Origin: Zygnema circumcarinatum SAG 698-1b
Lineage: Eukaryota > Plantae > Zygnematophyceae
Direction of reading: 5' to 3'
DNA: 64,000 bases
NCBI GenBank assembly: GCA_037447605.1
Contig: CM074811.1
Coordinates: forward strand, 1,612,001 to 1,676,000
The notes beneath the pieces were generated by a model, which searched no databases, was not told the origin of the DNA, and saw only the letters and a list, made by a program, of their open reading frames with translations. Made by a program: the position numbers and the translations under genes. Every line of letters starts with the position of its first letter. Positions within the stretch are counted from its first letter, which is position 1. This document shows positions 38,952-47,960 of this stretch, in pieces.

Positions 38952-39164
38952 TGAGGCCATTGAAGTTTTCTTTTTTTTCATCAACTTCACTCTCTGTCTT
39001 AATTAATTTCATTCATTCACCTCATTCAACGCACGAGCCAAGACAGTGCACATCCCATGCAACGTATACGCAATAAAATTTGTGGTATCCTCGAATGAGG
39101 TGAATGAATGAAAGTAGTTAAGACTGAGGGTGAAGTTGACCAAAAGAAAGCTTCAATGGCCTCA
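38952..39164. repeat. ~75-bp imperfect inverted repeat with ~65-nt loop (fold-back)
   Basis: The 38952-39027 arm (TGAGGCCATTGAAG...TTCATTCATTCACCTCATTC) pairs with 39093-39164. Confidence 0.85.
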
Positions 39165-39622
39165 ACAAGCAGCATCTCCATTCCTCTAAAAGGCATTGCA
39201 GTGGGCAACGGCTTGACTGCAGTTGCAAACGATGCTCTGAAGAGGCATTTGTTCAAGTATGTCAAAAATCATATCACTCCTTTCATGGAGTACGCCCTGT
39301 GGCCCCCCGCAAGCCAATGGCGGAGGCAGGCGCCTTGTGCCGCCGTCCCCTCCCCTCCCTCCGTACAGCGAGCGAGCTGGCGCGAATTCCATTGACGGAC
39401 GTTGAGTGGGCCACAAGCGCGCAGTGGCTCGCGTCCTCATCCTGCGATGTCGGTGCCCTATGTTATAATCCCAAGGCAACGCGCCAACGTCCCTCTCTGT
39501 CCCAAGCCATGGCGGAGGAAGGCGCCCTCCCTCCCCGCAGGCCCCTCCCTCCCCTCCCCGCCCTCTCCTCGCCTCTGACCGCCCCCGCGTCCCCTGGTGT
39601 CTCCGGCGGGCGCTTGGCCGCG

Positions 39623-42600
39623 ATGGCGCGCGCGCGGTCTCTCTCTCTCGCGGCGGCGCTCCTCCTCTTTGCCGCCGCCGCCGCCCCGCGCGAAGCCGCC
39701 GCTCAGGCCATCGACCCGCGAGACAGTGAGCCGCCGCGACCCGCCCGCCCGCCCTCTATGGAAGAAGGGGAGAGGCGGCCTGCCCGCGGTGGCGCCTCTG
39801 TTTGTGCTTTTTGAAGCGGACCGCGGCCTCAATCCAATCCTGCATCTGCTCGCGCTTGGGCGCAGGGGACGCTCTTCTCGCTGTCAAAGCGGCATTCAAC
39901 AACACGCAAGATCTCACCTCCTGGACAGCGAGTAACCCCGACTGCAGCGACTGGAGTGGGACCAAGGCGGATTGGGGGAGTGGGATCACATGCGACGCAA
40001 GCGGGCGCGTTACTTCGCTGTGAGCCACAGTTTGACTGAACACCGCTTGTGATGTTGGAGGCTCCGCGGATTCCATAGCTGCTGAAATGCAGGCCGAGGC
40101 TTCGAGGAGGGTCTGCGGGAAGCAGCCTCCTCAGAAAGCGGCTGAAAAGGGCCGTCCGGAGCAGTACTTCTACTGTCCGCGGCCCTTTCTACTTCTGACG
40201 CTCGCACTGCTAACCTGCCTTATGCAGACAATTCTACAACTACGACTTTGGAGGAACCATTTCACCTGCCATCGGTAACCTGACAAAGTTGACACAGTTG
40301 TAAGTGACTCCATTTTTTAGGATGCGTTCCCTGCATGTTTGCGAGTACAAAGTGAAAGGGATGAGGTTGCGAGTACAAAGTGAAAGGGATGAGGAGGGCT
40401 CAGATATTTGGACGTGCTTAATTAGTAGAAGCACTGAACCACTAAGCAACCTCGCCTGCAATGCGTGTTCGCGTCCTGGCTCGGCTCCACATGCACACGC
40501 TTCAAGTTCAAGATGCCACGTCACACTTACGTGGTGCATTGCAGTTGCTTTAGCACATGAGTGTTTTCCGCATGAGTATTGCATTTTGCTGGCAATATCG
40601 GCAAGACTCGTGAAGACGTTTTTTTATTCTTGGCAGATACTTGTCCTCTATTTCCCTAACGGGGCCTATCCCGGATTCCATCGGCAGACTTGCGAATCTG
40701 CAACTCTTGTAAGTATACTTCCCCATAAATCTGAAATGAAAGTGATAGAAATGCCAGACAAAGGAACGCCAGTGATGGAAATGTTAGTCGTGGCAGCATG
40801 TTTATTCAGTGCCCTTTTTCTTAATTTTTGCAGAATCTTGTCTTCTAATTCCCTAACGGGGTCTATCCCGGATTCTATCGGCAACCTTGCGAATCTGCAA
40901 TCATTGTAAGTATTTTTCCCTATAAATACGAAATGAAAGTGATAGAAATGCTAGACAGAGGAATGCCAGTGAGAGAAATGCTAGTCGAGGCAGTTTGTTT
41001 ATTCAGTTCCTAATTGTTTTTTTTTGGGCAGATATTTGGATCAAAATTCCCTAACGGAGTCTATCCCGGATTCTATCGGCAACCTTGCAAATCTGCAATA
41101 CTTGTCAGTATTTTTCCCTGTAAATCTGAAATGAAAGTGATAGAAATGTCAGAAAGAGGAATGCCAATAATAGAAATGCTAGTCGTAGCAACATGTTTAT
41201 TCAGTTCCTATGTTTTTTTATTTTTGGCAGATGGTTGGGTTATAATTCCCTAACGGGGTCTATCCCAGATTCGATCGGCAACCTTGCGAATCTTTATTGG
41301 TTGTAAGTATTTTCCCCTATAAATATGAAATAAAAGTGATAGAAATACCAGACAGAGGAATGCCAGTGAGAGAAATGCTAGTTGAGGTAGGTTGTTTATT
41401 CAGTTCCTAATTGTTTTTTTTTTTGGCAGATATTTGGATCATAATTCCCTAACGGAGTCTATCCCGGATTCTATCGGCAACCTTGCAAATCTGCAATACT
41501 TGTCAGTATTTTTCCTTGTAAATCTGAAATGAAAGTGATAGAAATGTCAAAAAGAGGAATGCCAATAATAGAAATGCTAGTCGTAGCAGCATGTTTATTC
41601 AGTTCCTATGTTTTTTTATTTTTGGCAGATGGTTGGGTTATAATTCCCTAACGGGGTCTATCCCGGGTTCTATCGGCAACCTTGCGAATCTTTTTTGGTT
41701 GTAAGTATTTTTCCCCATAAATCTGAAATGAAAGTGATAGAAATGTTAGAAAGAGGAATGCCAGTAATAGAAATGCTAGTCGTGGCAGCATGTTTATTCA
41801 GTTCCCATGTTTTTTTATTTTTGGCAGATCCTTGTCCTCTAATTCCCTAACAGGGTTTATCCCAGATTCTATCGGCAACCTTGCAAATCTGCAATACTTG
41901 TAAGTATTTTTCCCCATAAATCTGAAATGAAAGTGAAAGAAATGTCAGACAGAGGAATGCCAGTGATAGAAATGCTAGTCGTGGCAGCATGTTTATTCAA
42001 TGCCCTTTTTTTATTTTTATTTTTTGGCAGATACTTGTCCTCTAATTCCTTAACGGGGTCTATCCCGGATTCTATCTGCAACCTTGCGAATCTTTATTGG
42101 TTGTAAGTATTTTCCCCCATAAATCTGAAGTGAAAGAGATAGAAATGCCAGACAGAGGAATGCCAGTAATAGAAATGCTAGTCGTGGCAGCATGTTTATT
42201 CAATTCCCATGTTTTTATTTTTTTGGCAGATCCTTGTCCTCTAATTCCCTAACAGGGTTTATCCCACATTCTATTGGCAACCTTGCAAATTTGCAATACT
42301 TGTAAGTATTTTTCCCCATAAATTTGACTTGAAAGTGAAAGAAATGTCAGACAAAGGGATGCCAGTGATAGAAATGATAGTCGTGGCAGCATGTTTATTC
42401 AGTGCCCTTTTTTTATTTTTATTTTTTGGCAGATATTTGTCTTCTAATTCCCTAACAGGGTCTATCCCGGATTCTATCGGCAACCTTGCAAATCTTTATT
42501 GGTTGTGAGTATTTTTCCCCATAAATCTGAAGTGAAAGAGATAGAAATGCCAGACAGAGGAATGCCAGTGATAGAAATGCTAGTCGTGGCAGCATGTTTA

Positions 42601-43665
42601 TTCAGTTCCTATTTTTTTTTTTTGGCAGGTACTTGTCCTCTAATTCCCTAACAGGGTCTATCCCGGATTCTATCGGCAACCTTGCAAATCTGCAAAGATT
42701 GTAAGTATTTAAGATGCTGAAAGCCCCCTCACCCCATACCAGATCGCACTGAGATGTCAAGAATCTTCCAACCAATCACATCACAGTGTCAGATACGCTT
42801 CAGATTCTGCCCTGTGCCACTCCTCCTCCTGGCGGTGCCTGCGAGCGGTGCCTTCCGCCCGTGAGAGGACACGTGTCGTGTCAATTGCGCTCGGCCCTTC
42901 CGGCATCTCCTCCCCCATGCCATGCAACGCTGCGCAGTAAAAATTTAATCTGGCACTGCGGTTTTGTGAGACTGCGTTTGAGAATTCGACTATAGAACGT
43001 GGAGTTGAATACCTGATTTACTCCTGTTCAGTCCAGAATCAGCCTTATCCTTTTCGTGAGCTTTTTGTCGTTGTGCGTGTCTGAAGGTATTTGGACAACA
43101 ACAAATTGGAGGGGAGAGTGTCCGGCTTCATTTCTAAACTCACCCAACTTCAGAACCTGTGAGCACCGCTGCATCGATGACGTTGTATTTGCAGTTTGAC
43201 TTTTCTCTCTCGGCCGAGCATTTGTACCTCTCAAACTATTACATTTATTTTGCGGTTGCATGAGTTTTAAGTTTATCGCATATGTTTGGTCACTTCTGTC
43301 ACGGCGCGGGCTTTTTCGACGCACAGTAACGGGCAATTTTGCATGCGAGAAATTGGACTTCGTTATTGAGAGTTTAGGATTTAAAGTTTATGGATTAGGG
43401 TTAGGGTTTAGGCTTTAAGATTGTAGGTTTTAAAGTTCGAGGGGTTCAGGGGCTTGTGAGTTAAAGGATTTAGAAGCTATGGGGGTTCAGTGGGTTCAGG
43501 GTTTATGGGATTGCAGGTAGAATGGATATAGGGAAAGGCTCAGAGATTTAGGGGTTCAGTGTTTGCAGGCTGAAGGTTGCATAGGGTCGTGAAGATGGAG
43601 TCAGAGACTTTGCAGACAGCACAAGCGAATGTTTTCAGTGGCTGAGACACATCTGTTGGAAAGTT

Positions 43666-43698
<33 letters not shown>

Positions 43699-46553
43699 GC
43701 TCTCTCTAACGCGCCACCGTTAATGTCATCAGGTGGTTAAACAACAACAAGTTGACTGGCTCCATAATTCTTTCGAGCAATTCCCTTTATGACGGGTACA
43801 TTTTGTTCCAAGACAACTACTTCTCCGGGCCAATCAACATTACGAAGTCTGGGAAACCCTATTGCCAAATCAATCTCTCCAACAACTGCATATATCGCAA
43901 TATCACAGGATGTGGCGCAGCTCAATATCAGAGACCTCCGCAAGAGTGCGCGGCCTTCTGCCAGAGCGGTTCGCCCGAGGGAGCGTGCGGGGGCCGCGGC
44001 ACTTGCGGGTACGGCACGGCCACGTGTACATGCGACAAGGGATATGCGTTGGCATCGGACACGTGTGGTGAGTTGCAACCTGCTGCTTGTAGATACTCGC
44101 GAGAAAGGAAAAGTAAAGGGTGGCAGAGGTTGTGGAAACTATCGAATTGCTATCAAGTTTTACTCTGTCGTTGCTGTTAGAGCACACCGAATGCGATCCA
44201 TTTGATTCCGCCAATGGAAGAGGTTCAATTCTCGAACTTCTTGAAGCATATCGCAAGTATTACTTGGTGAACTCTGCAAGCTCATTCTGTAAATAGCGTA
44301 GAGTTTTCAGGATGTATCGAGAGTGCCGCTCTGATATAATGGTTTTAGTTTTCAATAATTTTCTCGACCCAATCCAATCCCGTGCAAGCTACAACATATC
44401 TCGGCTCCATTTGCAGTAGCTAGATAACCCGCGAGTTTGACCTTGCTGCTTTTCAAAGACAAAATTGCGTAGCTCGAGAAGTGGCATAGGGATCTGATTT
44501 TCCGTTGAGATGCCTAGCCTAAGAGGCACATAGATGATAAAATATCACGTTAAAAGACTTGCAGTAAGTTTAATTTCTTCTTAATTTCTTTTTTTTTTAA
44601 TTTTTTTTTTTAATAGTTTCGATTTCGTTCTGCATCTTCCTAGAACGTTTATAAGGACGTGTTATGATTAGAATATGTAATCTATGGAAGAAGTGAGTCC
44701 ACCTTTAGTAATGAAAGGGAACTCACAAAACTCCCTGAATTACTGCAGCTTCACCATCCCCTCCATCCCTTCCTCCGCGTCCACCTTCTCCACGTCCTCG
44801 ACCCCCTCCTCGGCGTCCCCCTCCGAGCTTTTCTCCTCCACTTCCTCCTCCTCCTTCACCACTCCTTCCAAGCCCTTCTCCTCCACCCCTTCCTCCGCCT
44901 TCACCACCCCCTCCGAGGCCCTCTCCTCCTCCCCGTCCTCGACCCCCTCCTCGAAGCCCTCCACGTAAACCTCCTCCCAGTCCTCGACCCTCTCCTCTGC
45001 GTCCCCCTCCGAGCACTTCTCCTCCACCCCTTCCTCCTCCTTCACCACTCCCTCCAAGCCCTTCTCCTCCACGCCCTCCTCCTTCACCACTCCCTCCAAG
45101 CCCTTCTCCTCCACGCCTTCTCCTCCACCCCTTCCTCCGCCTTCACCATTCCCTCCGAGCCCCTCTCCTCCTCCGCTTCCATCTCCTCCTCGAGGTCCTC
45201 CACGTAAACCTCCTCCCAGTCCTCGACCCCCTCCTCGACGTCCCCCTTCGAGTCCTACTCCACCACCCCTTCCTCCTTCACCACTCCCTCCAAGCCCTTC
45301 TCCTCCACGCCCTCCTCCTTCACCACTCCCTCCAAGCCCTTCTCCTCCACGCCCTCCTCCTTCACCACTCCCTCCAAGCCCTTCTCCTCCACCCCTTCCT
45401 CCGCCTTCACCATTCCCTCCGAGCCCCTCTCCTCCTCCGCTTCCATCTCCTCCTCGAGGTCCTCCACGTAAACCTCCTCCCAGTCCTCGACCCCCTCCTC
45501 GGCGTCCCCCTCCGAGCTTTTCTCCTCCACTTCCTCCTCCTCCTTCACCACTCCCTCCAAGCCCTTCTCCTCCACCCCCTCCTCCTTCACCACTCCCTCC
45601 AAGCCCTTCTCCTCCACCCCTTCCTCCGCCTTCACCATTCCCTCCGAGCCCCTCTCCTCCTCCGCTTCCATCTCCTCCTCGAGGTCCTCCACGTAAACCT
45701 CCTCCCAGTCCTCGACCCCCTCCTCGACGTCCCCCTTCGAGTCCTACTCCACCACCCCTTCCTCCTTCACCACTCCCTCCAAGCCCTTCTCCTCCACCCC
45801 TTCCTCCTTCACCACTCCCTCCAACCCCTTCTCCTCCACCCCTTCCTCCTTCACCACTCCCTCCAACCCCTTCTCCTCCACCCCTTCCTCCTTCACCATT
45901 CCCTCCGACTCCGACCCCCTCCTCGGCGTCCCCCTCCGAGCTTTTCTCCTCCACTTCCTCCTCCTCCTTCACCACTCCTTCCAAGCCCTTCTCCCCTCCT
46001 CCTTCACCACTCCCTCCAAGCCCTTCTCCTCCACCCCTTCCTCCGCCTTCACCATTCCCTCCGAGCCCCTCTCCTCCTCCGCTTCCATCTCCTCCTCGAG
46101 GTCCTCCACGTAAACCTCCTCCCAGTCCTCGACCCCCTCCTCGACGTCCCCCTTCGAGTCCTACTCCACCACCCCTTCCTCCTTCACCAGCCCTTCTCCT
46201 CCACCCCTTCCTCCTTCACCACTCCCTCCAAGCCCTTCTCCTCCACCCCTTCCTCCTTCACCACTCCCTCCGAGGCCCTCTCCCTCCCTCACATTTTTTT
46301 TCTCTCTTTGACCACTCCGTGTGCAGGAGCATGCGGTGCATCTGTCCCGAACTTCTCCCTCTGGGCGGGCCGCGACTCCTTCAGTCCCGACTCGTCCCGG
46401 CGGCCCTCGCCCGACGCCGCCGTCTGCGGCCTCGCCTGCTCTGCGGACGCGTCCTGCGCCGCCTTCGTCCTCTTCAACAACGTCTGCTACTTTAAGAACG
46501 CGGCGGGACCCCTCGCGTACAACAGAAACGCTTACTATTTCAAAAAATGTTGA
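39623..46553 (+). CDS. Secreted LRR-EGF-(Ser/Pro-rich extensin-like)-PAN/apple protein, multi-exon
   Basis: Signal exon 39623-39725; LRRNT exon 39866-40019 ([25 protein letters not shown]); thirteen 72-nt phase-2 LRR exons (40228, the eleven-cassette array 40637-42700, 43087). Then an LRR-cap plus EGF exon 43733-44067 (CGGRGTC..CTCDKGY..C), a Pro-rich exon from 44749 and a PAN exon 46328-46553 ([18 protein letters not shown]). No TM segment seen. Confidence 0.8.
40622..42710 (+). repeat. Tandem array of 11 LRR exon+intron cassettes (~199-bp period)
   Basis: Exon starts at 40637, 40834, 41032, 41231, 41430, 41629, 41828, 42031, 42230, 42433 and 42629; each 72 nt; introns highly similar to one another. 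Confidence 0.95.
43374..43600. repeat. Degenerate interstitial telomere-like (TTTAGGG) tract inside an intron
   Basis: TTAGGGTTAGGGTTTAGG core with TTCAGGG/TTTAGGGG variants. Confidence 0.7.
43665..43707. repeat. (CT)n microsatellite
   Basis: Direct inspection; lies in the polypyrimidine region upstream of the 43733 acceptor. Confidence 0.9.
44749..46290 (+). repeat. C/T-rich coding-type minisatellite encoding SPn/RPPP extensin-like repeats; several frame-shifting indels
   Basis: Reads [20 protein letters not shown]... from acceptor 44748; the Pro frame shifts near 45115, 45910, 45995 and 46190. Confidence 0.85.
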
Positions 46554-47046
46554 GAGCGTCCCTCTCTCATTGGCACAACCTTAAGCTTGCAGCACTCTCG
46601 AGGAGATGTTAGAATGTCTAACAAACTTCACATTCACGTTAGAGTGTTTACTTCTTTCAGGATGTTAATTGGAATTTGATTGATGATGTTGATGGTTTTG
46701 AACTAAGATTATTAGAATTGGCACTTCGCCAGGCTAATCCAAAGCGTTGCGAAGCAAAGTAGACTTTCGTTTTTGTGAAGTGATCCTTCCAACCTCCCGC
46801 CCGTTCACCCTCCTCGATCGTCTTTTTGTTTCTTTTTCCTAGTCGCTTATAAGCAGTTTTTTCTTGGGTCCAAAGAAATTTTATTCAAGTGCTCGTCTAA
46901 AGGTTGTCAACGTCAATTGTGTTTTTGTTGCATTCAAATATCGGATGCTTTTCATGCTACTGAAAACCTCCGTTTTCCCCTTTTTTTCAAGATTCATCTT
47001 TCTTCATCCGCCTGCTACTAACGGTCTCCTTGACGCTGCCCTGCAG

Positions 47047-47277
47047 GTGTGCCTTGAAGCGGCGGATCTGGGCCAGGCGAAGGGCTGCAAAGGGAGACCT
47101 GACGAGCTGCAGGCGGGCGACTCCTGCATCAATTTGAAGAAGGAGTGCTATTCGGCGAAGGAGACTTTCAAGAAGATGACCGGCAAGCCCTGCTCTGAGA
47201 AGTTTCTGAAGACCCTCAGGGCGCAGTACACGACCGCGGCCAAAGTCTGCGTCCCGACGAGCAGCACGTGCACGTAG
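47047..47277 (+). CDS. Orphan 3' exon encoding a small 6-Cys peptide
   Basis: Pyrimidine tract plus CTGCAG acceptor; VCLEAADLG..GC..SC..EC..PC..VC..CT*; upstream exons not identified. Confidence 0.4.
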   Translation: MCLEAADLGQAKGCKGRPDELQAGDSCINLKKECYSAKETFKKMTGKPCSEKFLKTLRAQYTTAAKVCVPTSSTCT

Positions 47278-47357
47278 CGGGAGTCGTCTCGGGAGTCGTA
47301 GCGGGAGTAGTCTCGGGAGTCGTAGCGGGAGTCGTCTCGGGAGTCGTAGCGGGAGTC
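47274..47357. repeat. 12-bp tandem repeat x7, alternating GTAGCGGGAGTC / GTCTCGGGAGTC
   Basis: Direct inspection; the first unit supplies the TAG of the preceding ORF. Confidence 0.9.
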
Positions 47358-47659
47358 GCCTCTCTAGTTTCTACTAAACCAAAAAGCTCAAAAGGGAGGG
47401 CTATCGTGACTTTTAACACGTGGCGGTCCAGGAGTGGACCACGTGGCACACTTTGTTCGTCCTTACTGGTCATCGGTTAGATAGGTCCATTGTTGGAGAT
47501 ACACTTGAGAGCGTGTGCCACGTCAGCATGAGGTCGTTCTGTTAAGCGGCAATCTTGACTGGCCTATTATTCCTTTGTGGCGAACTTGGCCGGTAAATCG
47601 GACACGTGGTGGACTGCAATGCTCCACATGGATTCCTTAAAGGAAAAAGGGGAAACTTT

Positions 47660-47960
47660 CATTGAACTCGCGATGGTGAGGCCATCAAATGTACATGGAC
47701 AAAAGCAAAATGTGGAGCCACGAGGGACTGATTGCAAAGGACCGAAATACAATAAAACGAAGCTAAAAGTGGAAAATTACGCTTAGGCACAACAACGCAG
47801 CCTTAAAAGCAATCGTGAAGGTCACCGATGTGAGGCACGTCGAGGAGGGAGCGGCAGAAGTCCACCAACACAATCACCAACAATCGCAGCACGCCAAAGA
47901 AACATAAAAGCAAAGCAACGCTGAACCCAAATTGTCACAAGAAATGGTGAGTCATGCAAC
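47660..47960 (-). mobile_element. Older diverged CRE-like 3' remnant
   Basis: ATTGAACTCGCGATGG..GGCCATCAAATGTACATGGA matches the 3' UTR of the CRE copies at 14678 and 17972. Confidence 0.7.

Noticed and set aside
39170-39225. IPLKGIAVGNGLT, resembling a serine carboxypeptidase motif
   Set aside because: Isolated 13 residues whose upstream frame overlaps an inverted-repeat arm; no other S10 motifs or convincing exon boundaries.
40637-42700. LRR cassette array as a CRISPR-like repeat-spacer locus
   Set aside because: Fully explained by 72-nt exons with GT-AG introns; both parts are homologous between units.
44740-45984. 414-aa Gly/Glu-rich minus-strand ORF
   Set aside because: Antisense shadow of the C/T-rich Pro-coding repeat; it switches composition where the plus frame shifts.
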